DNA from: Squalus acanthias
Taxonomy: Eukaryota
Length of the DNA stretch: 64,000 bases
NCBI GenBank assembly: GCA_030390025.1
Contig: JASTWF010000346.1
Location: 372,001-436,000, forward strand
Reading direction: 5' to 3'
Below are positions 13,516 to 26,599 of the stretch, in pieces. Under the pieces are notes generated by a model, which was not told where the DNA came from, ran no database searches, and saw nothing but the letters and a program-made list of their open reading frames with translations. Every line of letters begins with the position of its first letter. Within the stretch, counting starts at the first letter, position 1. The position numbers and the translations under genes are program-made.

Positions 13516-14411
13516 GAAGAGTTTACAGAGTAAAGTACTGAGGCTGAGGGCCATATTCATTGAGCTTTCATCTTCATTACTGAATCTCTACAATTTCAAT
13601 CGATTTCTTTTTGCTTTTTTGCAAACTCATTTTTAATAAATTCATTTCCTGTCACTTGTCTTTTGCTTCTGTTAAATCACTGTGTACACCATGTCTAAAT
13701 ACGCATTCACCAAGACATTTTATTTAAATTTGAGAGATACGGGCTGATAATTTAATCCATTGTCATGGTGGTATAGAAGTAGTGCATTGATATAGTCTCA
13801 GCTCATTATAGAACCTATTTCATACAACAATAATATATTTATATTTATACATTTAAAAACAATATATTTGAAATTATTATAAGAAAACCAAAATAAGCAT
13901 TTATTGCATGAGACAAACTCTGGAATCCAAGAGTATTTTGATCAAATAAAACAACAACGTCATCAAATCACCTTTCTCAAATATTTTTGAAGGTGGGGAA
14001 CCCAACCCCCAATACCCACTTAAAACATAAGTAACTTTGTCAGTGAAATAGTAGATGTGACATTCCAGTGGACCTCCTGACACTTTTGGCAATGTTTTTT
14101 CTGAATGAGAGGAGAGGTAGTGGGGAAAATGCTTGTCTGAAGGTATAAGTACCTACTGTGGGCAGTCTGTTATGTCTCCCTTGTAACTGAGTAAATTGGA
14201 ACATTCAGTAACAACTATCACAACACTGTACTGATCGCCTTGAAAATATGCAATGTAGCAGATGCTGTGTAAGTTGCAGCACAGACTTTTGACTGCTCTT
14301 AAAGTGTTATACTAATTCTTTACCCTTTTATTAGTTTAGTGGAGGGAAATTGTAACACAGAATGGGCACTTAACATAGTAGCCGAGAGCTTTGTTTATAT
14401 ATATTTTTGTA

Positions 14412-15071
14412 ATTAGGAAGGCTAATGGAATGTTGGCCTTTATTGCAAGGGGTATGGAGTATAAAAGTAGGGACGTTTTGATGTAACTTTACAGGGCGCT
14501 GGTGAGACCGCACCTAGAGTACTGCGTACAGTTGTGGTCTCCATATTTAAGGAGGGATTTACTTGTATTGGAGGCAGTACAGAGAAGGTTCACTAGGTTG
14601 ATTCCTGGGATGAAGGGGTTGACGTATGACGAAAGGTTGAGCAGGTTGGGCCTATACTCATTGGAGTTTAGAAGAATGAGAGGTGATCTTATTGAAACAT
14701 ATAAGATTCTGAGGGGGATTGACAGTGTGGATGCTGAGAGGATGTTTCCCCTAGTGGGGGTATCTAGAACTAGGGGGCATAGTTGCAGAATAAGGGGTCG
14801 CCCATTTAAGACGGAGATGAGAAGGAATTTCTTCTCTGAGGGTCGTGAATCTTTGGAATTCTCTACCCTGGAGAGCTGTGGAGGCGGAGTCACTGAATAT
14901 ATTCAAGGCGGAGATTGACAGACATTTGAACTACAAGGGAGTCAAGGGGTATGGGGAGAGAGCAGGAAGCTGGTGTTGAGGCCAAGATTGGATCAGCCAT
15001 GATCTTATTGAATGGCTGAGCAGGCTCGAGGGGCCGATTGGCCTACTCCTGCTCCTGTTTCTTATGTTCTT
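14412..15071 (+). mobile_element. CR1 3' fragment
   Basis: ORF 14502-14918 RPHLEYCVQLWSP...; CR1 3' stem-loop and ttcttatgttct tail. Confidence 0.9.
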
Positions 15072-16519
15072 AGGGTGTAGGCAGCACTGACAGATTGAAG
15101 CCCTCCTCTCGGCTGAATCTACCCCAATGTATAGCCTTCCTTTCCTCTGTGCAGTAACTTAATTCCAGTGCAGTATCTTCTTGAAAGAAACTCTCCGCTT
15201 CACTCCTAAAGCTAACCTGCAGAGATGATATAACATGTCTGTGGGTGATCAGGGGAGGGTTTCACTATTTAGCCACAATTAGCAGTAGCTTTTGCTTGCA
15301 CTTCACCCCATGCAGTGTAGATTAAAAAAACATATTTATGATTAAAGTTAGGTGATCAATTTTCTCCTACAAATTGCAATCAAATTTCAGCTGCTGCTAG
15401 CAATGCAATGCATGTTGGGAATGCTCTTCTTTGTCTAGTTACTGGAGGTGAGCTGTTGTATCAATTGGCTGAAAGTGTTTGGTAATTGGATTAAAATAAA
15501 TTCATAGCATCAGACACGTACCTGTCTTTGGGACAGATTAACTTGTTCCATGAGATATTCTACTTATCTCCAGCGCATGTATGATGCAGGCATGTACAGA
15601 AGAGCTCTTACACTGGGCAGTGAAGAGAAAAATCTGTCCCTCTATTTTTTATATTTCTTTATGGAATTTCAGTCGCTGCCTGGCTAGTAGCCACTTGAAT
15701 TTGGTGGCTGAAAACAAACTGTTGGGACACTTTATTTGTCCCACTTGTTAATATTCCTTCACTGAGGGATCTGTCACCTCTGTTTCAGTTGTGTGTTTAA
15801 TGAATGTTAGTTGACAGAAGCAGTTAATATTGATTAATTGGCTGTGAGAAGGAGCTGAAGTTCATCGCTTGTGACTGTCCCATAAGGGAGTCCTGCAAGC
15901 AAATCTCCCAGTTTGCTTTCTGAAAGGAGTGAATGGCTGGATCCAGATTTCCAGAGAAAACAGCCTGATGCTTTTGAAACCTTTTGTGAATGGCAGCTGG
16001 ATTGAATTGTGAAATGTAATATTCTCAATCAGATTGAAAAGTAGAGAGCAGGTATAACTGTTGCCCCAAATCGATTCTCCTTCACTGGATTTGTTTCGCC
16101 AGGCTGTTTACAAGCTGGATCTAGCAGGGACACACAATTTCACTTGTCAGCTTCACATTACAGATGCTGGTCCAAGTTATGTGTCATTAGGGAGAACCTT
16201 GAGATACTTTTCTTCTTTTGGAAAAAGGACTGTAAATTTAACTAAAATGTTGTAATCCAGTGAAATCTGCTGTATGTTCTTGCTTCTGCTAACTTCACTC
16301 CTGAGATGCAAGGTTTGTCAGAGTGTTATTAGTTCATCAGTCAGAGACATTAGAAAAGTACAGGGCTATCAATATCAGAATGGGTTTATTGTTTACCCCA
16401 GGTATGCCAGCTCCAACATTACTTCACACACAAGGTCATGTTTTGACACATAGGAAACATAGGCTTGCATGTGGAAGCAATCCTTTTCATGGGCATAAGA
16501 AAAATTGAGAAGGACATTG

Positions 16520-19168
16520 GTTTTTGTCATACTTATATGATAGATTGCAGCAAAGCCGATTCTCAGGGGCTGAGAACTTGGGAAAATAAAATGGACAAAA
16601 ATATGATAAGGGAGAATACGAAGAAATTAGGAGAGAAGTCAAAAAAAGTTAGGAACGCAAAGACGAACTATGAAATTAAATGATCAAGGAACATAAAACA
16701 TAATAGCAAAATATTTTACAGGCACATAAATAAAAAAAGAAAAGTCGGGATGGGAATAGGGCCACTAAGGGATGGACAGGATAATAACCACAGGCAGCGA
16801 TAGAAAGATGGCAGAAATATTAAATAATTACTTTGCTTTAGTATTTACAAGGAGACAGAACAGGCGGACATGACATTGGATGATGAGATTAGAAATGAGA
16901 TAACTACATTTTAAATAAAAAGAGATATATTAAATAAACTAATCAAACTCAAAGAAGATAAAACCCCTGGTCTGGACGGATACATCCGCGCATTTTAGAA
17001 GAATCTAGGGAAGAGATAGCAGAGGCATTACTACACATATTTAATAATCGTTAGAAAAAGGTGTAGTGCCAGAGGACTGGCGGATAGCTAACGAAATAAC
17101 TATATTTAAGAAGGGAGCTAGAACAGGGAACTATAGACCAGTCAGCTTAACATCGGTGGCAGGAAAAATAATAGAATCCCTACTAAAGGAGAAAATAGAA
17201 GAACATCTAGAAACCAAAAATATAATAATGAATAGTCAACATGGATTTCAAAAGGGAAAGTCTTGCTTGACCAACCTCATTAAATTTTTTGAAGAGGTAA
17301 CAGAGAGAGTAGACAAGGGTAATGAAATACATGTAATTTGTAGATTTTCAAAAGGCCTTCAATAAGGTACCACATAATAGGCTAATGAATAAGGTCAGAG
17401 CATGCGGAGTCAGGGGACAAGTAGCAGAATGGATAGCTAGCTGGCTTCAAGACAGAAAGCAGAGAGATGGGGTAAAGGGTAGCTATTCGTGCTGGGACCA
17501 CTGTTCACAATTTATATTAACGATTTAGACTTTGGAATCAAAAACACAATTTCTAAATTTGCAGATGACACCAAATTGGGGGGGTGGAGGGATAGTCAAT
17601 ACTGAGGAGGACTGCAACAAATTACAGGAAGACATTAATAAACTCGCAGAATGGGCATATAATTGGCAAATGGATTTCAACACAGATAAATGTGAGGTAT
17701 TACATTTTGGTAAGAGAAGTAGGGGTAGAGGAGCAAAGGGATCTCGGAGTACAAATACACAAATCACTGAAAGTAGCAACACAAGTTAACAAGGCCATAA
17801 AAAAGCAAACCAAGCACTAGGATTTATTTCTAGAGGGATAGAATTGAAAAGTAGGGAAGTTATGCTAAACTTGTATCAAACCTTGGTTAGACCACACTTG
17901 GAGTACTGTGTACAATTCTGGTCACCATATTATAAAAAGGATATAGAGACACCGGAGAGGGTGCAGAGAAGATTTACAAGGATGATACCAGAAATGCGAG
18001 GGTATACCTATCAGGAAAGGATGAACAGGCTGGGTCTCTTTTCTCTTGAAAAGAGAAGGCTGAGAGGTGACCTAATAGAGGTCTTTAAAATTATGAAATG
18101 TTTTGATAGAGTAGATACAGAGGCCCAGAAATTGATCTCGCTCTGTTCCCGCGGGGGTAAGGAGCAGGCGCGATCTCTCACTCCGCGTTGGCTTTTTCAG
18201 ATCCAGCTCGCACGAACTTGATGTTCTAGACATCAGCTGTGCTGGGCTTGCGTATCCCACCGGCGTAGTGAATTCGTGCGAGCTGTGGGATCACGTGACT
18301 CAGAGCCAATGGCAGCACACCATCTTCCATTCATAAGTTTCACATACGTGCTGTGAAAGCTATGAATCTTACACACCCCCAAAACAGCTAAACCTCAATT
18401 AAATTTAAAAAAAACCCCATCACATTAATAAAATAAGTATAGTTAAATAAATTAACCATTTTAAATAAAAAATTAAATTTTTGAAAAAATTTAAAATCTT
18501 TTAAAAAGTTATAAAAATAAACTTACCTGTCTTTAAAGTCTCTAAAAAAGATATACCTGTTAAAAAAAATTCAAAATAATACTTAATTCACTACTTACCT
18601 TGTTAAAAGTGGGTCTTACTCCTCCTTTTTTCATTTCTAAAATCTTCCGTACTTACCTGCGCGTCCAAAGCACTAAGTGCACAGCGTGCGCGCAGCCTGT
18701 AGCGCGCACGCGGTGCACCGAGGACCCGCCCCCTTTTCCAAAGACCAAGTGCCGGTTTTCAGCGCATGCGCAGTGCATGCAGAAAACCGGCAGTTGGAGA
18801 GAGTACTCTCGCGTAGCGGGATCAATTTTTGGCCCAGAGTGTTTCCACTTGTGGGGAGGGGCAAAACTAGAGGCCAACAATATAAGATAGTCACCAAGAA
18901 ATCAAATAGGGAATTCAGAAGGAACTTCTTTACCCAGAGAGTGGTGAGAATGTGGAACTCGCTACCACAGGGAGTGGTTGAAGCGAATAGTATAGATGCA
19001 TTTAAGGGGCGGTTAGATAAGCATATGAGGGAGAAGGGAATAGAGGGTTATGCTGATAGAGTTAAATGAGTAAAGATGGGAGGAGGCTCGAGTGGAGCAT
19101 CAAGACTGGCATGGACTGGTTGGGCCGAATGGCCTATTTCTGTGCAGCATATCCTATGTAATCCTATG
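16520..19168 (+). mobile_element. Decayed 5'-truncated CR1, split by a MITE
   Basis: Fragmented ORF2 (17066-17365, 17844-18120, 18839-19069) with NYRPVSLTS, QHGF, WNSLPQ. Confidence 0.85.
18122..18835. mobile_element. Non-autonomous PIF/Harbinger-type MITE, 714 bp
   Basis: TIRs ggcccagaaattgatctcgct and agcgggatcaatttttggccc; 3-bp TSD aga (18119-18121, 18836-18838); CR1 sequence resumes after it; CpG-rich ends, AT-rich centre. Confidence 0.8.
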
Positions 19169-19355
19169 CAAATAATCTGGAGAGAGTCTGAATTGTAGCA
19201 ATTGAAATGCATGCTGAGATAGATGTGTGCTAGACACAATACTTTTAATGGTATACATGAGCTCCTGAGCAACAGCATACATTCTGCATGTGGGGGATTT
19301 GCTGCACAGCAAAATAAAGGTAGAATGTTATAATTAAAGGAACTATGGCCTAGAA

Positions 19356-21755
19356 TTTTTTTTTTATATTCGTTTATGGGATCTGGGCACTGCTGGCAAG
19401 GCCAGCATTTATTGCCCATCCCTAGTTGCCCTTGAGAAGGTGGTGGTGAGCCGCTTTCTTGAACCGCTGCAGTCCGTGTGGTGAAGGTACTCCCACAGTG
19501 CTGTTGGGTAGGGAGTTCCAGGATTTTGACCCAGCGATGATGAAGGATCGGCAACATACTTCTAAGTCAGGATGGTGTGTGTCTTGGAGGGGAACTTGGA
19601 GGTGGTGGTGTTCCCATGCGCCTGCTGCCCTTGTCCTTCTAGGTGGAAGAGGTCGCGGGTTTGGGAGGTGCTGCCGAAGAAGCCTTGGCGAGTTGCTGCA
19701 GTGCATCTTCTAGATGGTACACACGCCGGTAGTGGAGGGAATGAATGTTTAAGGTGGTGGATGGGCTGCCAATCTAGCGGGCTGCTTTGTCCTGGATGGT
19801 GTCGAGCTTCTTGAGTGTTGTTGGAGCTGCACTCATCCAGGCAAGTGGAGAGTATTCCATCACACTCCTTACTTGTGCCTTGTAGATGGTGGAAAGGCTT
19901 TGGGGAGTCAGAGGTGAGACACTCACCGCAGAAAACCTAGCCTCTGACCTGCTCTTGTTGCCACAGTATTTATGTGGCTGGTCCAGTTAAGTTTCCCTTC
20001 AATGGTGACTCCCAGGATGTTGATGGTGGGGGATTTGGCGATGGTAATGCCGTTGAACGTCAAGGGGTGGTGGTTAGACTGTTGCTTGTTGGAGATAGTC
20101 ATTGTCTGGCACTTGTGTGGTGTGAATGTTACTTGCTACTTATCAGCCCAAGCCTGAATGTTGTCCAGGTCTTGCTGCATGAGGGCATGAACAGTTCATT
20201 ATCTGAGGAGTTGCGAATGGAACTGAACACTGTGCAGTCATCAGCGAACATCCCCACTTCTGACCTTATGATAGAGGGAAGGTCATTGATGAAACAGCTG
20301 AAGATGGTTAGGCCTAGGACACTGCCCTGAGGAACTCCTGCAGCGAAGTCCAGGGGCTGAGATGATGGACCTCCAACAACCACAACCATCTTCCTTTGTG
20401 CTAGGTATGACTCCAGCCAGTGGAGAGTTTTCCCCCTAATTAACATTGACTTCAATTTTACTAGGGCTCCTTGATGCCACACTTGGTCAAACGCTGCCTT
20501 GATGCCTCACCTCTGGAATTCAGCTCTTTTGTCCATGTTTGGACCAAGGCTGTAATGAGGTCTAGAGTCGAGTGGTCCTGATGGAACCCAAACTGAGCAT
20601 CGGTGAGCAGGTTATTGGTGAGTAAGTGCCGCTTGATAGTACTGTCAACGACACCTTCCATCACGTTGCTGATGGTTGAGAGTAGGCTGATGGGGCTGTA
20701 ATTGGCCGGATTGGATTTGTCCTGCTTTTTGTGGACAGGACATACCTGGGCAGTTTTCCACATTGTCGGATAGATGCCAGTGTTGTAGCTGTACTGGAAT
20801 AGCCTAGCTGGAGGCGCAGCTAATTCCATATCACAAGTCTTCAGCACGACAGCCGGGAGGTTGTCGGGGCCCATAGCTTTTGCTGTATCCAGCGCGCTCA
20901 GCTGTTTGTTGATATCACGTGGAGTGAATCGAATTGACTGAAGACTGGCTTCTGTGATGGTGGGGACCTCAGGAGGAGGCCGAGATGGATCATCCACTCG
21001 GCACATCTCGCTGAAGATGGTTGCAAACATTTCAGCCTTGTCTTTTGCACTTGCGTGCTGGGCTCTGCCATTCTTGAGCATGGGGATATTCATGGAGCCT
21101 CCTCCTCCATTAGTTGTTTAATTGTCCACCACCATTCACGACTGGATGTGGCAGGACTGCAGAGCTTTTATCTGATCCATTGGTTGTGGGATCGCTTAGC
21201 TCTGTCTATAGCATGCTGCTTCTGCTGTTTAGCATGCATGTAGTCCTGTGTTGCAGATTGGCAGCTCATTTTAGGTACTCCTGGTGCTGTTCCTGGCATG
21301 CTCTTCTACACTCCTCATTGAACCAGGTTTGGTCCCCTAGCTTGTTGGTAATGGTAGTATGAGGAATATGCCGGGCCATGAGGTTAGATTGTGGTGGTAT
21401 ACAATACTGCTGCTGCTGATGGCCCACAGTGCCTCATGGATGCCCAGTTTTGAGCTGCTAGATCTGTTCTGAATCTATCCCATTTAGCACAGTGGCAGTG
21501 CCACACAACACGATGGAGGGTGTCCGTAGTGTGAAGACGGAACTTCGTCTCCACAGCGACTGTGCGGTGGTCACTGCTATCAATACTGACATGGACAGAT
21601 GCATCTGCGACAGATAGATTGGTGAGGACGAGGTCAAGTCGGTTTTTTCCTCGTGTTGGTTCTCTCACCACCTGCCGCAGGCCCAGTTTGGTAGCAATAT
21701 CCTTCAGGACTCGGCCAGCTCGGTCAGTAGTGTTGCTACCAAGCCACTCTTGGCC
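19356..21755 (-). mobile_element. 5'-truncated copy of the tRNA-headed EN+RT LINE family (same as 29701-33797)
   Basis: Minus ORFs with EPTRGKNRLDLVLTN, SDHRT, KAMGPD, GVPQGSVLG, MFADD; tail antisense to 33721-33795. Confidence 0.9.
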
Positions 21756-21819
21756 TGCACTCGTTGAAAGTGGTCCAGGCAGCATGAGAGAAAACAATGT
21801 CGTCCCTTCTCCTGGAGTA

Positions 21820-24800
21820 GGAACATACATACGAACTAGGAGCAGGAGTAGGCCACTCGGCCCTTCGAGCCTGCTCTGCCATTCAATAAGATCATGGCTG
21901 ATCTGATTACTCCATGTTCCCGCCTACCCCCGATAAGTTTTCACCCCCTTGCTTACCAAGAATCTATCTACCTCTGCCTTAAAAATATTCAAAGACTCTG
22001 CTTCCACCGCCCTCGAAGGAAGAGTTCCAAAGACTCACGACCCCCTGTTAGAAAGAATTTCTCCTCATCTCTGTCTTAAATGGGCGACCCCTTATTTTTT
22101 AGACAGTGACCCCTAGTTCTAGATTCTCCCACAAGAGGAAACCTCCTCTCCACATCCACCCTGTCCAGAGCCCTCAGGATCTTATATGTTTCAATCAAGT
22201 CACCTCTTACTCTTCTAAACTCCAGCAGATACAAGCCTATCCTGTCCAACCTTTCCTCATAAGACAACCCGCCCATTCCAGGTATTAGTCTAGTAAACCT
22301 TCTTTGAATTGCTTCCAGCGCATTTACATCCTTCCTTAAATAAGGAGACCAATACTGTACACAGTACTCCAGATGTGGTCTCACCATGCCCTGTATAACT
22401 GAAGCATAACCTCCCTACTTTTGGATTCAATTCCCCTCGCAATAAACGATAACATTCTATTAGCTTTCCTAATTACTTGCTGTACCTGCATAGTAATCTT
22501 TTGCGATTCATGCACTAGGACACCCAGATCCCTCTGCATCTCAGAGCTGTGCAATCTCTCACCATTTAGATAATACGCTTTTTTATTCTTCCTGCCAAAA
22601 TGGACAACTTCACATTTTCCCACATTATACTCCATTTGTCAGATCTTTGCCCACTCACTTAACCTATCTATATCCCTTTGTAACCTCCTTATGTCCTCTT
22701 CACAATTTACTTTCCTACCTATCTTTGTGTGATCAGCAAATTTAGCAACCATACCTTCGGTCCCTTCATCCAAGTCATTTATATAAATTGTAAAAAGTTG
22801 AGGCCCCAGCCCTGATCCCTGTGGCACACCACTCGTTACATCTTGCCAATCAGAAAATGACCCATTTATGCCTACTCTCTGTTTCCTGTTAGCTAGCCAA
22901 TCTTCTATCCATGCCAATATGTTACCCCCTACACCATAAGCTTTTATTTTCCGCAATAACCTTTAATGTGGCACCTTATCAAATGCCTTCTGGAAATCTA
23001 AGTACTGTACATCCACCGGTTCCCCTTTATCCACAGCACATGTTACTTCCTCAAAGAACTCCAATGAATTGGTAAAACATGATTTCCCTTTCGCAAAACC
23101 ATGTTGACTCTGCCTGATTACTTTGAACTTTTCTAAGTGCCCTGCTACAGTGTCTTTAATAATAGCTTCTAACATCTTCCCTATGACAGATTTTAAGCTA
23201 ACTGGCCTGTCGTTTCCTGCTTTCTGTCTCCCTCCCTTTTTGAATAAAGGAGTTACATTCGCTATTTTTCAATCTAATGGAACCTTCCCCGAATCTGGGG
23301 AATTTTGGAAAATTAAAACCAACACATCAACTATCTCACTAGCCACTTCTTTTAAGACCCTAGGATGAAGTCCATCAGGACCCGGGGACTTGTCAGCCCG
23401 CAGCTCCAACAATTTGCTCAGTACCACTTCCCTGGTGATTTATAATTTTCTTGAGTTCCTCCCTCCCTTCCATTTCCTGATTTACAGCTATTTCTGGGAT
23501 GTTACTTGTATCCTCTATAGTGAAGACCGATGCAAAATACCTGTTCAATTCAACTGCCATCTCCCTATTTTCCATTATTAATTCCCCAGACTCACTTTTT
23601 ATAGGACCAACGCTCACTTTGTTAACTCTTTTCTTTTTTAAATATCTATAGAAACTCTTACTATCTGTTTTTATATTTCTAGCTAGCTTTCTCTCGTACT
23701 CTAATTTTTCTCTCCTTATTAATCCTTTAGTCATTCTTTGCTGTTTTTTTATATTCTGTCCAATCTTCTGACCTGCCACCCAGCTTTGTGCAATGATATG
23801 CTTTTTCTTTAAGTTTAATACTATCTTTAACTTTTTTAGTTAACCATGGATGGTGGGTCCTCCCCTTGGAATTTTTCTTTCTTGTTGGAATGTATATATT
23901 CTGTGTATTTTGAAATATCCCCTTAAATGTCTGCCACTGCAACTCTATTGACCTATCCCTTAACCTAATTTGCCAGTTCACTTTAGCTAGCTCTGCTTTC
24001 ATGCCCTCATAATTGCCCTTATTTAAGTTTAAAATACTAGTCTTGGACCCACTCTTCTCTCTCTCAAACTGAATGTAAAATTCAATCATATTATGATCGC
24101 TGCTACCTTGGGGTGCCTTCACTATATGAGGTCATTAATTAATCCTATCTTGTTGCACAATACCAGGTCTAGTATAGCCTGCTCTCTGGTTGGCTCCAGA
24201 ACGTGCTGTTGTAAGAAACTATCCTGAAAATATTCCATGAACTCCTCATCTAGGCTACCTTTGCCCATCTGATTTTTCCAGTCTATATGCAGATTAAAAT
24301 CCCCCATGATTATTGCCATACCCTTCTGACAAGCTCCCATTATTTCTTCCTTTATACTCCATCCTACCATGTGGTTCCTGTTAGGGGGCCTGTACACCAC
24401 TCCCACAAGTGACATCTTGCCTTTTATTATTTCTCATTTCTAACCAAACCACTTCTACATCCTGGTTTCCTGAACTTAGGTCATCCCTCTCTAATACCAT
24501 CATTAATTAACAGAGCCACCCCTCCACCTTTTCCCACCTTTCTCTCCTTCCTAAATGCCATGTACCCTTAAATATTCAGGTCCCAATCTATGTCATCCTG
24601 CAGCCATGTTTCTGTAATGGCTATCAGATCATATTTATTTATTTCTATTTGCGCTATCAGTTCATCTGTTTTGTTTCGAATGCTACATGCATTCAGATGC
24701 AGAGCCTTTAGTTTTGTCCTTTTATTATTTTTGTAACCTCTAGCCTTATCTGTTGATTTACTCTTAGATTTGTACTCTCTATCCCTTCCTGTCACGGTCT

Positions 24801-25585
24801 GTTTATCATTTCCCATATTAATACCTTTCTCTATTGCCTTGTCTCTAATCTTTGAATTACCACATCTTCCCAAATTTGATCCCATGCCCCCAATATTTAG
24901 TTTAAAGCCCTCTCTACCGCCCTAGTTATACGACTCCCCAGAACACTGGTCCCAGCACGGTTCAGGTGAAGACCGTCCCAACGATACAGATCCCACTTTC
25001 CCCAGTACTGCTGCCAGTGCCCCAGGAATTGAAACCCAATTCTCCCACACCAGTCTTTGAGCCACGCATTCATCTCTCTAATTTTATTTACCCTATGCCA
25101 ATTTGCTCATGGCTCAGGTAATAGCTGCTCATACTCTCTCAGCAGAACCTCTTTCCTAGTTCTACCTGTGTCGTTGGTACCTACATGGACCACGACCACT
25201 GGCGCCTCCCCCTCCACTGCAAGTTCCTCCCCAGCCCAGAGCAGATGTCTCGAACCTTGGCACCGGGCAGGCAACACAGCCGTCTGGACACTTGCTTTTG
25301 GCCGCAGAGAACTGTATCTATCCCCCTGACTATGCTGTCCCCAATTACCACTACGTTCCTATTAACTCCCCCACTTGAATGGCTTCCTGTAGCTCGGTGC
25401 TATGGTCAGTTTGCTCATCCACCCTGCAGCCACCACTTTCATCCATACAGGCCGCAAGAACCTCAAACCTGTTGGACAATTGCAAAGGCTGAGGCTCCTC
25501 CACCTCCTGGGTCCCCATACCTGCCTCACTTGCAGTCACATCCTCCTGTCCCTGACCACTGACCAAATCAGAAGACCCTATCTTC
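21820..25585 (-). mobile_element. Near full-length decayed CR1 (ORF1 SGNH-esterase remnant plus ORF2 EN-RT)
   Basis: ORF1 remnants LSNRFEVL and (manual) WDGLHLN at ~24960-24985; EN motifs LNACSI, ITETWL, YRPP, MGDFN, SDHN; RT motifs down to ~22080; tail at 21820. Confidence 0.9.
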
Positions 25586-25589
25586 TGAC

Positions 25590-26470
25590 CCTAGGGAGTC
25601 TCTGTGACCTCCCGGATGCAGCAATGGATGGCAAACTAGGAGATGTTAGCTATGTCTCCTGCTGCAGACTGGAAGGATCCACTGGCGAAGAAATTGAGGG
25701 CCACGGTGACCTTGAGGGCCACTGGGAGAGCCGTGATCACCCTGCTTTGAGGCTGCATGTCTGGTTGCAGGAGGTGGCAGAGTTCTGTGACCACCTCCAT
25801 GGTGAAGCGGAGCCTCCTAATACACTGCTCTCGGAAGACCCGAGGTGGGTAAGGCCTTTTGTTAAGTGCCCTCCTCCTCCCTCTGCGAGCATCTTCTGGT
25901 CTTCTGCTCCGTCTCCCAAAGATGCTCAAGCGCGAGGGGGACGAGGGGCACTGCAAGTAGAACCCCATGACTGTGAGCAAGTGTAGTGAGCAGAAGCCTT
26001 TAAATGAGAATGAAGGCATTCTCCACTTGCACCAACACTCCCTGCCATCTCAGGAACTTTAAACAAGTTTAGAAAGCTGCAAGATTTGCAGAAAGTTACA
26101 CAGAGCCAGTCAAACTGAGAAAGACTGTCAGCTGCAACTTGTTGATGATGATTCCTTTAAATATCACTGCTGGAGGCTCCTTCCTGCTGCTGAACGTGTG
26201 GTCAGATGGTCGTGATTTAGAGAGGGCGGTAAGTGGAGCGGCGAGGGCGAAAATGGCAGATTGTGCAACGCTCACTTGATGCATGCTGATTGATGCCAAG
26301 ATCTGCCTCATTTCCATTTCTGCAGCGAGCGCAGGCACCGGCAGCGCTGCCGAGCTGCCGAAAGTGGCGTCCGCCGCGGGACCTGCCAGAAGTGGGCGGA
26401 AGGAAGGCGGCTGCCATTTTTTCTTCAACGGGCCTTAATGGCCAGCGCTGAACCCGCGAATTTCTAGGCC
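25590..26470 (-). mobile_element. 5' part of a PIF/Harbinger transposon with a HARBI1-like transposase N-terminal remnant
   Basis: ORF 25636-26019 with IRRLRF...ELCHLL...ALPVALKVTVALNFFASGSFQ...GD; terminus ...aatttctaggcc at 26470. Confidence 0.75.
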
Positions 26471-26599
26471 TTTGTTCCTTAAAGAATTGTGTTCTTAAAT
26501 GTACCCTTAATCACTTGGACAGTGCGTTTTTACTTCTTGTAACAATTGCTCCAACTCACATCTAACCTGGCTGGTCCCACCTACTGCAAGTTGTTGTTG

